A DNA stretch of 64,000 bases from an uncultured Verrucomicrobiota bacterium (lineage in GTDB: Bacteria; Verrucomicrobiota; Verrucomicrobiia; Limisphaerales; CAIQOK01). Position 1 is the stretch's first letter. Each line of letters begins with the position of its first letter. Both the position numbers and the translations under genes were made by a program. The stretch spans positions 52,460 to 116,459 of the forward strand of contig CAIQOK010000158.1 of assembly GCA_903873415.1 (NCBI GenBank), written 5' to 3'. Shown here in pieces: positions 1 to 9,377 of the stretch. The notes under the pieces are model-generated. The model did not search any database and was not told the DNA's origin. It was given only the letters and a program-made list of their open reading frames with translations.

Positions 1-8
1 CAACAGAC

Positions 9-3000
9 TCAACTCCAGTCGCAGAGGCCGTCGACGAATGCGGCGGAACCATCGCGCAGCCAGCCATCCAGCTGGGCCTGATCCTTGAGCTGTTGTCCAC
101 GCCGGCGCGGGACCACGGCAAAATGCGTCTTGATCTCCGTCAAGGCGGTCATGTCGACCCACAACTTTTCAAACTGACTTACGGGAAAAACGTCCTCCTG
201 TCCGTGGCCCCAGCGCTTTTTCACGTCCTTGATGGTGATGTAGGTCGGCATGCGGGCGGCCACGCACCGAATGGCCGCCGACACCCGCTCGGAATCCCCC
301 AAGTCGCTGCGGGTCAACCCGAACATCTCGAGCATTTTATCGATATGGATCCAGCAGGTGTTGGAATTGTAAAAACGGAGGTGAAACTCGTCCTCCTCGC
401 GGGGCATGGCCAGCCCCTCGACAAGCCGGACCTGTCCATTCACGCGGGCAAGCCCGCCGCCTCGATCCTCCAAGCGCCGGTTGATCACCTCGAAGGTAAG
501 GCATCCCGCTTGGGCCAAGTGCAGGCCGAACATGGCCGGATCAGCGTCCGCGCCCAGGGTGTCGATGTTGTGAAGCATCAGGTGCTGGAGCCGGGGGCGC
601 TCGGCGAGCAACCGGGCCAGGGTGCCGTTGCGCAGCAGGTTGGGCACCTCAAACCAATGCCCGACAGGATGCAGACATTGGCCGGGCAAATTGTCGGTGT
701 AATCCACGCCTTCCCCGGTGGTGCGGGCCCACTGAAGCAGCGCAGCCCGCAGGCTGGTGCGGACTTTTTGCTGCTGCTCATCAAGCCGCTGCTGGGGCAT
801 CTCTTCCCAAAGGAATCGCAGGTCGCGCTCCATGGGCACCATCCGCAAACCGACCGACCGGCCCGGGGAAAGGAGCAGCGGCCCGGGATAGAGATAGTTA
901 TGCTGGCGGGCGAGAAATTCCCGGGTGGCTTCGTGGGTGAGGTGACTGGTTGTGAAAACGTGAGGCAGCGGACACCCGGCAATCCGCCCAAGGCGGCGGC
1001 TTTTGGCCAGATGCGTCTCAATAAAAGTACGGTGTCTGCCGGCGAATTTGCAGAAGGGATGCAGCGCCTTGACCACGCCCGCCCCCTGAGTCCAGCGGCT
1101 ACCCACACCGGCGGCCAGAGTGACCACAGCCAATTCGCCCCGGGCGATGGCCGCCAGCCCGGCCTGATACAACGCCTCCTTCATCGACCCGGTGGCATGC
1201 AGCACATCCGTGTCCTGGACATCCTTGACCTCGGCGCTGGCAGGCAGCCGGTTTTGCGCCAGACCGATCCGGCCGTTTTTCAGATCGTCGCGAATCTGCT
1301 CATGCTGCGCCCGGTCAAAACCGTTTTGATCGAGCAGCTCGGACAGGCTTTGCTCGCGCCCATTGCCCTGCTTGAGCCGCGGCAGCAGGCGTTCAAAAAG
1401 AGTCTGCATCATGCCCGACAATTCCGGCCGGAACCGGCAGGCATCGCTGAACTTGTCCAGCTCCGCTCTCTGGGAGGCCCTGAGCCCCTGCGGGTCGGCC
1501 CGCAACCACTTGGGCACATGCAAGGCATAGTAGCCGCGCGGCAGCAGCGAATCCCCGCCGACAATCAAATCCGCCCAGGTGCCGCGCTCGTTGATGGCGA
1601 AATCATAGACCACCGGTTCCATGGCAAAGGGCAGAGAGTGCTCAAGCTCGCCTTTGACACGGGACATGATCTCCTGCAAGCGGCATTGGGCCTCGACTTT
1701 GCGGGCGGGTTCAAAGATAAATCCCATGCCGCCGCCGGCCATGCCGCCCAGCATCCAGAACCCCCAGAAATCCGCCCCGAACTCGTCCCGCACGGCGGAG
1801 ATGACCGCCTCGGTAAAGGCGTTGCTGGCCCACGGAATAATGGTCTGAAGGGGCTCACGGAAATTGCGCGTGGTCAAGCCGCCCACCGCCCTCACGTCGC
1901 CGGCCCGCAACGCCGACACTATCTCATCCAGCAACCCCATGGCCTCTTGCCTCCCCGCCCACTCGGCCGGAGAACGCAGCAGATATTTCTCGGTGACCAT
2001 CTCCAGAATGGGCCCCACGTTTTGGGCCATGCCTCCGTGAACCAGCACCAAACTGTGCTGCAGACGTTCCCGGGTCGAGGCGGAAACCTCCTGCAAATCC
2101 AGCACCTCATGGGCCGGCATCAAACGTCCCCGGCTGACACCAAATTCCGCATCACCTTCCTGTGCCGCGACGCCACTGATCAGCTTCATCCCCGGCCAGA
2201 CCCCGCCGGAATCCTGCCAGCCGCCGCCCGACCCGCCGAGCCATTCGCCCAGAAGCGCCCGGGCCAGCACCAGGCGCCGCTCCTCCTCGGCCAAGGGACC
2301 GGTGAGCGAACGCGCCTGACTGGTGGCCCTCATACACACCGAAACCAAAGAGGCTAGCAAATTCGTCGAGACAGCCAGCCGCGAACCTTTGGGGATGTCG
2401 TTGACATGGCTGACAAGTTCCAGCCCGCGCCCGGGACCTACCACCCGGGCCAGAAGGTCGGCCAAATCGAGCCCCGACCCCTCAATTCCAGGCGGGACAA
2501 TGCCCGAAGCAATCACGGCAGCCTTGAGCAAGCCCAAATAATCCCGCGCAAAATCAAACACCTCCGCCAAACTACTGACATCCGCAGTCGCCCCCAGATC
2601 CACACTCGTCAGACGCAGGATCGGCTCATCAATCACCCTCAGCCACGCCTCCACGGGCGGTTGCGCGGTTCGGTCGCGCCCATGCACCCCCAGATCAATC
2701 GAAATATTCAGCACCCGGGCGCCCTCAGGATAGTCCATGCCCAGGAAGAAAATATCGCTCCACCCGGAGTGGCTCAGGTCCATCCGGACCGGAGTGAGCT
2801 CGCGCAACACTGGATAAGTGCCGTCCTGTCCGCGTTGCAGCAGCTCCGGGCGCAGACGCAGCGGATGATCGGCCGGATGCCCCATGCGGAACATCCACTG
2901 GTTGCCCGGCACACCGCGCACGCTGCGGCGCACCTGGTCGGCCAGGGTCTGGAATCCGATGCGTTGATACACTGCGGCCAGGGCACTGGAAAGGGCGTCA

Positions 3001-3329
3001 CCCGGGCCTGCGGCACGTTGCACTTCCAAGAACTGGTTGAGCGCCTCCTCAAAACGGCGATGCAGCAGATGCTCAAAACCCTTGAAAGGAATCATGCCCC
3101 CGGCACCGGCCGCCAGTTTTGCCGGGAGATGAAAGCGGTGGATGGCGTAGAGGAAAAAGAGGGCGCGAACCCGTTCGTAGAGGTTTTCGCTGCGGCAGCG
3201 AAAGGCTTCCAGCTCGGCACAAGCCGTCATCAGTTCGTCCACCGTCGCGCCGTCGCAGACCGTCTCAAGCGACCGGTTGCGAAGAGCTGGATCGCAGGAG
3301 GTGATGATTTCGATGAGGGGGCTGGACAT
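9..3329 (-). CDS. Large multidomain protein: unassigned N-terminal ~300 aa, a fucokinase-like GHMP-kinase-fold region, and a C-terminal UDPGP-family sugar-1-phosphate nucleotidyltransferase-like domain
   Basis: 1106-aa ORF with ATG at 3329, 8 nt after the stop of the GalU-like gene. The middle region has [17 protein letters not shown] (a degenerate PxGSGLGxSS motif), [12 protein letters not shown] and [15 protein letters not shown], as in fucokinase-type GHMP kinases. The C-terminal ~380 aa has [12 protein letters not shown] and HNIDTLGA, resembling UDPGP pyrophosphorylases. Confidence 0.7.
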   Translation of the reverse strand: MSSPLIEIITSCDPALRNRSLETVCDGATVDELMTACAELEAFRCRSENLYERVRALFFLYAIHRFHLPAKLAAGAGGMIPFKGFEHLLHRRFEEALNQFLEVQRAAGPGDALSSALAAVYQRIGFQTLADQVRRSVRGVPGNQWMFRMGHPADHPLRLRPELLQRGQDGTYPVLRELTPVRMDLSHSGWSDIFFLGMDYPEGARVLNISIDLGVHGRDRTAQPPVEAWLRVIDEPILRLTSVDLGATADVSSLAEVFDFARDYLGLLKAAVIASGIVPPGIEGSGLDLADLLARVVGPGRGLELVSHVNDIPKGSRLAVSTNLLASLVSVCMRATSQARSLTGPLAEEERRLVLARALLGEWLGGSGGGWQDSGGVWPGMKLISGVAAQEGDAEFGVSRGRLMPAHEVLDLQEVSASTRERLQHSLVLVHGGMAQNVGPILEMVTEKYLLRSPAEWAGRQEAMGLLDEIVSALRAGDVRAVGGLTTRNFREPLQTIIPWASNAFTEAVISAVRDEFGADFWGFWMLGGMAGGGMGFIFEPARKVEAQCRLQEIMSRVKGELEHSLPFAMEPVVYDFAINERGTWADLIVGGDSLLPRGYYALHVPKWLRADPQGLRASQRAELDKFSDACRFRPELSGMMQTLFERLLPRLKQGNGREQSLSELLDQNGFDRAQHEQIRDDLKNGRIGLAQNRLPASAEVKDVQDTDVLHATGSMKEALYQAGLAAIARGELAVVTLAAGVGSRWTQGAGVVKALHPFCKFAGRHRTFIETHLAKSRRLGRIAGCPLPHVFTTSHLTHEATREFLARQHNYLYPGPLLLSPGRSVGLRMVPMERDLRFLWEEMPQQRLDEQQQKVRTSLRAALLQWARTTGEGVDYTDNLPGQCLHPVGHWFEVPNLLRNGTLARLLAERPRLQHLMLHNIDTLGADADPAMFGLHLAQAGCLTFEVINRRLEDRGGGLARVNGQVRLVEGLAMPREEDEFHLRFYNSNTCWIHIDKMLEMFGLTRSDLGDSERVSAAIRCVAARMPTYITIKDVKKRWGHGQEDVFPVSQFEKLWVDMTALTEIKTHFAVVPRRRGQQLKDQAQLDGWLRDGSAAFVDGLCDWS

Positions 3330-3337
3330 GCGCTGGG

Positions 3338-4174
3338 TTAATGGGGTTCCTGGGCGAGCAATTCCACCAGTCCGGTCAGCACCTCGGCTCTGGCCGGGCC
3401 GCCCAAGGCCAGGGCCAACTGGGCGTTAAGGAGGCCGTATTTCAAACCAATGTCAAAGCGGCGTCCTTGCAATTCGCAGGCCAGATAGCGCTCGCGCGTT
3501 GCCAACCCCGCCAGAGTCCGGCTCAGGCTGGAGGACTGACCGGCAGACACCTCTGCACCCAGAAGGGTCATCACCGCAGGGGTGAGCACGTGCATGCCGA
3601 AAAAACAGAGGTAATGCCCCGCCCTCAACCCCGGAACAATCAGACGCTGCTCCGCCACTGTGGGGGTGGGCTTCTCAAGAACCTCCGACACGAGATAAAC
3701 ACCTTTGCGGTTTTCAGCCAGGCGCCCGCCCGCCACTCCGTAGTAGGGCAGCTTGCTTTCATGAGTGGCCTGCACGGCGGAAACCGAACAGGACTCGGCT
3801 GCGGCCACTTCGACCAGTTGCCGGGCGCAACTGCGGCCTTCGCGGCTCAAATACAGATGATCTCCCACCAGCAGAAGAAACGCGTCGCCACCGGTGAACT
3901 CATGGGCGGTCCACACCGCATGGGCGTAGCCCAAAGCCCGAGGCTGTTCGATAAAGTGCAGGCGCCTGCCCAGTCCACCGGCGGCCGAACGGTAGGCGTG
4001 GGCGTCGCCTGGATGCACCACCACGGCTATTTCTTCCGCACCGGAATTCAGCGCCTCCTCAATGATGATCGCCAAGGCGGTCTTACCTTGGCCGTCGCGA
4101 TCCACCAGGGTTTGCAGCGGGAGGGTTCGTTGGCCGGGACCGGCGGCGGTGATGACAGCTTTACGAATATCCAT
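3338..4174 (-). CDS. UTP--glucose-1-phosphate uridylyltransferase-like sugar nucleotidyltransferase (GalU family)
   Basis: ATG at 4174 gives [19 protein letters not shown] (GalU-like KAVIPAAGxGTRxLP). Also GYAHAV, LLVGDH, LEKP and [13 protein letters not shown] at 4243 would add 23 aa. Confidence 0.8.
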   Translation of the reverse strand: MDIRKAVITAAGPGQRTLPLQTLVDRDGQGKTALAIIIEEALNSGAEEIAVVVHPGDAHAYRSAAGGLGRRLHFIEQPRALGYAHAVWTAHEFTGGDAFLLLVGDHLYLSREGRSCARQLVEVAAAESCSVSAVQATHESKLPYYGVAGGRLAENRKGVYLVSEVLEKPTPTVAEQRLIVPGLRAGHYLCFFGMHVLTPAVMTLLGAEVSAGQSSSLSRTLAGLATRERYLACELQGRRFDIGLKYGLLNAQLALALGGPARAEVLTGLVELLAQEPH

Positions 4175-4333
4175 AGGCGATAGCTTGACAGCGGGCAGTG
4201 TGCCAGTTTCATGACGGGTGGCTATAAAATTTTGCGCCGGCACCCGCCCGCGAGCCGGCAGCCCGAACCGTCGCGCTAAAAACCTCCCGATTGTGGAATT
4301 GCATCAGCGGGATCTTTTGGCTTTATTGACTGC

Positions 4334-5248
4334 ATGCAAAAACGCCTCACCCTCTTGGCCTTCCTTACGCTCTGCGCCACCCTGCCCCTTCAGGCCTCCC
4401 CCCCCGCCCAGATCCGGGTGCTGGTCTGGGACGAACAACAACCGCAGCAAAAACAGGCCTACGGCGACAAGTTCCTTGGCGAAACCATCGCCGGGCATCT
4501 GGCAACCCGCCCCGGCCTAAGCGTCCGCACGGCCAAGCTCGATGACGCGGAACAAGGCGTGGAGGAAACATCGCTGGAATCGACAGACGTCATTGTCTGG
4601 TGGGGCCACGTGCGCAACAACGCCCTGAGCGACGCCCACGCCGCGCAGGTGGCAGCCCGGGTGCGCTCGGGCAAACTCGCGCTGCTCGCCCTCCACTCGG
4701 CCCATTGGTCAAAACCCTTTGTCCATTTAATGCAGGACCGCGCGAAAGCCGATGCCCTGGCTCTGGTGCCATCCAACCAACGGGCGGCGGCCAAATGGAC
4801 TTACCTGAATGAAACCACCGTCTATCAGGCGCCCAAACGCGAGGATCCCCTAACCCCTACCCTGACGCATGCCGGGGACGAATGGCGTCTGGCTCTGCCG
4901 CTCTGTGTTTTCCCAGCCTACCGCCCCGACGGGGCCCCCTCGCATGTCAGCACGCTGCTGCCGCGGCACCCCATCGCCGCCGGCCTGCCCAAAAACTGGG
5001 ATGTGGCACAAACCGAAATGTATGATGAACCCTTCCATGTGCCGGCACCCGACAAAGTCATTTTTGAGGAACGCTGGGACAAGGGTGAGCATTTCCGCAG
5101 CGGCTGCCTCTGGAAAGTGGGCCGGGGTCAGGTTTTCTATTTCCGCCCCGGACACGAAACCTACCCTGTCTACCAGCAATCCGAACCGTTACGGGTGGTT
5201 GAAAATGCGGTCCGCTGGCTGGGACAACAGAGCCGGCAATCCCAATAA
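4334..5248 (+). CDS. ThuA-like (trehalose-utilisation / class-I glutamine-amidotransferase-like fold) secreted protein
   Basis: ATG at 4334 and signal-like N-terminus MQKRLTLLAFLTLCATLPLQA. IRVLVWDE, DVIVWWGH and LALHSAHWSK are typical of ThuA-domain proteins. Confidence 0.75.
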   Translation: MQKRLTLLAFLTLCATLPLQASPPAQIRVLVWDEQQPQQKQAYGDKFLGETIAGHLATRPGLSVRTAKLDDAEQGVEETSLESTDVIVWWGHVRNNALSDAHAAQVAARVRSGKLALLALHSAHWSKPFVHLMQDRAKADALALVPSNQRAAAKWTYLNETTVYQAPKREDPLTPTLTHAGDEWRLALPLCVFPAYRPDGAPSHVSTLLPRHPIAAGLPKNWDVAQTEMYDEPFHVPAPDKVIFEERWDKGEHFRSGCLWKVGRGQVFYFRPGHETYPVYQQSEPLRVVENAVRWLGQQSRQSQ

Positions 5249-5423
5249 CCTCACAGGCCCTGAGTTTGTCGCCAATAAAAAGCGCCTCTTCCGAAATGTT
5301 CAGGGGGATTTTTGTTGAGCCAAACCCAGGCGTTCTAACCCAAAAGCCACTGACCTCGTTGTAAAACAAAGGCAAATCTGCCCCGCGCATTCGCGCGGGC
5401 TGCTGCGCAGACGCTCTTGCCAA

Positions 5424-5632
5424 ACCGCGTTTTCTGCTGCGCCGCTACGGCGCTCACCGAGTGGCGCGACCTGCCTGTTTACTTCACACCCATCCCATAG
5501 ACGCCCGGCGGCCTCATCAGAAGCACCATTCACTTTCATGCCCATCACGTTCGGCTGAAGTCCAACTGCGGGTTTTAGGGTGAACAGGCGCATTCGCAGC
5601 GTCCAAAAGGCATTCGGCTAAAACCCTGCGGC
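5424..5632. repeat. Intergenic structured repeat, copy A (partner at 28472-28630)
   Basis: Hand alignment: the core 5475-5523 matches 28523-28571 at 42/49 positions. Flanks are ~70% identical. A conserved long-range helix pairs 5567-5579 with 5619-5632. The two copies share no intact ORF. Confidence 0.6.
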
Positions 5633-5779
5633 GCTCCCAGACGGGGCCAGGTGTGTTTCAGCCGATAAATTTTGGCCCGGAAAATTCCCGAAGAACCTAA
5701 AAAGCTGAACGCTCAAAACCAAGAGCCGCAGTCGAAACGAAGAGGCGTCGAAACGGCCGCCCCCTCAAATTCAACCTGC

Positions 5780-6889
5780 TCAATCCGGAAGGTTCACCAA
5801 CTTGAGGGCCCCGATGCCACCCGGATTCCAAGCGGTGAAGATGACATAAACTTCGGTGGACCGTCCGCTCTTGCGAATGTACCAACAGGCGTCATGCATG
5901 TGATCGGCGAACGCATAGCCCAAGTCTTCCTTTGGCCGGAGAATGCTGGCGATGGACTTGGTTTTCAGATTGAGAATCATTAACGGACCAGGCTTCTGCT
6001 TGGCTCCATCCAGGCAGGCCGCCAGCGCATAATCCCCCCACATATCCACGTCGCAAAGCAGGGTTCCCGGCGGCAATGCTCCGATTTCCAGAACCTGCTC
6101 CTTGGAAATCGACCACCGTTTCAGCTGCCCTTCCGGCCGGGCCGAAACAAGAATGTCTTTGCTCTTGGGATCGTAAGTGATGCCATGAGGCGTGTGGGAA
6201 AAACCAGGACCGCCGTAAATCTTCTCCTCAAAGGCAAAGGGCTCCACCATCGCAGGCATGAAATAATCGCGCCCGTAACCATCCGTAATGAACAGGCGAT
6301 TACGCCCGGCAAAGGCCACATCCGTGGGGTGATAATTTTTTCCGTCGGCATAGGGTCCGATATGCGGCCGCGTCAAGATCTGCGGATTAAGAAAGGTCGT
6401 GTCGGTCAGATAAACCTTGTCACCCTCGTTATCGGCGGCGGCGATCAACGGCAATTTGCCTTTGCGCGGAAGAATGTCCGCGCCGTGGAGATTGTTCTGG
6501 GCAAACGCAACGTCACCCCGCACAACCCACGAATTGCGCAGTTGATTGCTGAACCCCACCCAACCAACATGGCGCAACCCCCAATAGACCACATCCTGCC
6601 CGGCATCGACGATCAGGGTGCCGTGTGCCCCCTTCAATTCGGCCATTGCCTGGGGCGGTACCGGGACGGCATCGGTCGCGGCAACAAACTTCCAGAAGCC
6701 CTGCCCGCTGAAAGCGGGTCTTCCAGCCAGGCGGGCGGGGGCGGCGACGGGCCCGCTCTTTTCCACAACGATGGGCATGGGGTTAACTGGAACGGGGACG
6801 CCGTTGGAGTGAGGTTCCGCAGAGTCGTGGGCGAAAGTGGCAGTGGCGGAACAGAGCAGCGCAAAGGCTGCGGCGCGTATGAATTTCAT
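5780..6889 (-). CDS. Secreted beta-propeller-like protein (NHL/PAL-like), function unknown
   Basis: ATG at 6889 and signal peptide MKFIRAAAFALLCSATATFA. Repeated blade-like segments (LFITDGYG, HGITYDPKSKDILVS, YVIFTAWNPGG). No catalytic motif recognised. Confidence 0.7.
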   Translation of the reverse strand: MKFIRAAAFALLCSATATFAHDSAEPHSNGVPVPVNPMPIVVEKSGPVAAPARLAGRPAFSGQGFWKFVAATDAVPVPPQAMAELKGAHGTLIVDAGQDVVYWGLRHVGWVGFSNQLRNSWVVRGDVAFAQNNLHGADILPRKGKLPLIAAADNEGDKVYLTDTTFLNPQILTRPHIGPYADGKNYHPTDVAFAGRNRLFITDGYGRDYFMPAMVEPFAFEEKIYGGPGFSHTPHGITYDPKSKDILVSARPEGQLKRWSISKEQVLEIGALPPGTLLCDVDMWGDYALAACLDGAKQKPGPLMILNLKTKSIASILRPKEDLGYAFADHMHDACWYIRKSGRSTEVYVIFTAWNPGGIGALKLVNLPD

Positions 6890-7012
6890 GCAATTTAATA
6901 GGTTGTAGCTGCGACTGGAACGGGTCCGGGTAAAATAACGAACCCTCTCCCGAAGGCAAGAAAAGAACCGGAAGAAACAAAGCGGCGGAGCCTTGCTTGA
7001 TTGGCGTTGGCT

Positions 7013-9325
7013 TTATCGCGCCAGGGCCCGAAGCAGCGCCTGAGCCTGGGCATGATCGGGCTGAATCTTCAACGCCCGGCGCGCCGCCTCCCCCGCCTCC
7101 TCAATCCGCCCTGCCTGAGCCAGGATGACTGCCCGGGCGTAAACGGCCCGCGGATCGGCGGGATTGGCCGACTCGGCCCGGACAAGAGTTTCCAACGCCT
7201 GTGCAACATCCCCCTTGCCGCTGTAGGCCAGCCCCAAGTTATACAAGGCCCGGTCATGGCGGGGATTCAATCGCACTGCGGTGTTCAGAGCGGCGATGGT
7301 TTGATCGGTGTCTCCCACCTCATTCCACGCCAGACCCAGCCGGTAGAAATTTTCCGCCTCCTTGGGCGCCAGACGGCAAGCGGCCTGGATTTGGGCAAGG
7401 GCGTTGCTGGATTGGCCTGCGAGACTCAAAGCCACCGCGTAATCCAAATGGAAAGGTGGTGAATTGGAATCCCAGGAAATCGCTTTGGCATAATGCGCCA
7501 AGGCCGGTTCCATCGCGCCCCGGGCCAGATTCCAGACGGCATATTGCGCCTGCCCGGCGGGCTGATCGGCATTGTTCCGCAATGACTGCTCAATCTCCCC
7601 CGCCACCGGGGAATTGGTTTCTAGAACCGCGCGCAAAGCCCAACCCGCTTCAAAACGAACACTGCGGATGGGATCAAGCAGGCTCTTGCGCAGCAGGCCC
7701 TCCACACCGGGCGTTTGTGTTTCCACCAAATGCGCCAGAGCCTGCACCGCCTTGACGCGCACCAAGGGGCTGGGATCCTGCAAGAGATTGGCCAACGCCG
7801 CAAAGACCCGCGTTTCCTGCGCCCAAGGTTCCAAAAGGCCGGCGGCCACCCCCTTCCAGTAAGGAATTTCATTGGTGGCGAGCAGCTCCATCAAGGGATT
7901 GACAGCTGAAGCGCGGCCCTGACGGGCCTGGGCCATCCAGCCGGCACGGCGTTGGGAATGACGGTCCATTTTAGCCCCGTACCATTTTTCAACCGCCGCC
8001 TGCGACCAATCCTCGCCCTTCTCCTTGTGGCATCGATTACAAGCGTTTGGAATTCCAAACTCCCGCGTGAGCCGCGGATCAGGAATAGTCAGTCCGTGGT
8101 CGTGCCGCGAGTGCCGCTGCATATAGACGGTCTGCGGCATGTGACAATTGACACACTCACCTCCGATTTCCTTGATGTCGGCGGAATTATAAGCTTTTAG
8201 GAGGCTGTTGGTGGAGTTGCCGGCCGAGTCATAGCCGAAAACCTTGTGATGACTGTGGGTGACGGGGTTAATGAGCGGGGCATTGGTCACGCCACCGCCA
8301 TGGCAGCGAAGGCACAAAAAATTGCCGGGCAGAAGGGTTTTCGCACTGTGTGGTTCGTGACAATCCCCGCACTTCACTCCGGCCGCATGCATCCGGCTCC
8401 CAAGAAAAGAGCTCAGTTCGTAATCCTCCTCACGAATCTGACCGTCAGGATAGAACGTATCCGAACCATCCACCGTGGCCAGGGCAAACCGGTCAAGAAA
8501 CCGGTCTCCGGGCTGGAAATCCCCGGTCAATTCGGAGCGCCGAGAGTGACACGAGCCGCATGTATCAAGCATCTGCTCCGCGCTGAATTTCTTCACCGTC
8601 GGAGCTGGTCCGTTGCCCGCGGGATGCCCTGAGCGCCACTCCACGTGAGCCCTCATGGGTCCGTGGCAGGATTCACAACCAACCGACGGCTCGGCCATGG
8701 TGGTGTGATAGGCGTCGGCAGCCAGGTCATAGTTCTTCCGAAGCCGGGTGTTGTGGCAGGCAGCGCAGGTGGAATTCCAATTCATCCCCCGCCCTGTCCA
8801 GTGTCCCCACTCTCCGGGCATACGGTCCTCCGCCCCATAGACATTGAACCACTCGTTATGCAGCGGATCATAGGAAGCCTCGTGCGTTTGAAAACGGCCG
8901 CCCGGCAGAGCGGTGAGAAACTGGCGAAGCGGCTCATGGCCAATGACGCGATCCACAGCAAAGGCTTCCCGCCGCCCATTCAACCCCGCCGCAACAATCA
9001 CCGGCCGGCCATTGGTTTGCCGGACTTCCGTGGTTTGAGTTCCATGCTTGAAACTCCTCGCCGGATCAAAGGCCGGGGTGTCCAGATCAGCCCGAAGAGT
9101 CCGCTCGGCCAAACCGTGATGACTTTTAGCCCAAGCGTCATAATCAGCCGCGTGGCAGTGCCGGCAACTCTTTGAACCGGCATAGGCCCCAAAAGAAGTT
9201 GCGGATCCTCCTTCCGGGCTTGGATAATTGTTAGGACTTGTCTCCGCACCGAGCGCCCCACGGAGCCAGAGTGCCGCCGCCAACAGCAGCACCCCCGACC
9301 CGCGTTGCTTTATCCAAGACAGCAT
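7013..9325 (-). CDS. Octaheme c-type cytochrome fused to HEAT/TPR repeats
   Basis: Signal peptide, then eight CxxCH motifs (CRHCH, CAACH, CESCH, CGSCH, CGDCH, CLRCH, CVNCH, CNRCH). The C-terminal ~300 aa are TPR-like (AEAYYRLGLAW-style repeats: NFYRLGLAWNEVGD, ALYNLGLAYSGKGD). Confidence 0.9.
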   Translation of the reverse strand: MLSWIKQRGSGVLLLAAALWLRGALGAETSPNNYPSPEGGSATSFGAYAGSKSCRHCHAADYDAWAKSHHGLAERTLRADLDTPAFDPARSFKHGTQTTEVRQTNGRPVIVAAGLNGRREAFAVDRVIGHEPLRQFLTALPGGRFQTHEASYDPLHNEWFNVYGAEDRMPGEWGHWTGRGMNWNSTCAACHNTRLRKNYDLAADAYHTTMAEPSVGCESCHGPMRAHVEWRSGHPAGNGPAPTVKKFSAEQMLDTCGSCHSRRSELTGDFQPGDRFLDRFALATVDGSDTFYPDGQIREEDYELSSFLGSRMHAAGVKCGDCHEPHSAKTLLPGNFLCLRCHGGGVTNAPLINPVTHSHHKVFGYDSAGNSTNSLLKAYNSADIKEIGGECVNCHMPQTVYMQRHSRHDHGLTIPDPRLTREFGIPNACNRCHKEKGEDWSQAAVEKWYGAKMDRHSQRRAGWMAQARQGRASAVNPLMELLATNEIPYWKGVAAGLLEPWAQETRVFAALANLLQDPSPLVRVKAVQALAHLVETQTPGVEGLLRKSLLDPIRSVRFEAGWALRAVLETNSPVAGEIEQSLRNNADQPAGQAQYAVWNLARGAMEPALAHYAKAISWDSNSPPFHLDYAVALSLAGQSSNALAQIQAACRLAPKEAENFYRLGLAWNEVGDTDQTIAALNTAVRLNPRHDRALYNLGLAYSGKGDVAQALETLVRAESANPADPRAVYARAVILAQAGRIEEAGEAARRALKIQPDHAQAQALLRALAR

Positions 9326-9377
9326 GATCTCCTGAATCGACGGCGGAGGGAAATCGGGGGACGCCCCGCCCCGGGCA

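Noticed and set aside
93-2357. 754-aa plus-strand ORF, plus 2406-3341 (311 aa), antisense to the 1106-aa gene
   Set aside because: The translation is R/P/G/H/Q-rich and low-complexity with no family motifs. It lies entirely opposite a gene with clear motifs. This is a typical GC-driven shadow ORF.
5300-5593. 97-aa minus-strand ORF covering repeat copy A
   Set aside because: The corresponding frame in copy B is interrupted by TAG, so the similarity is at nucleotide level and the region is an intergenic repeat rather than a gene.
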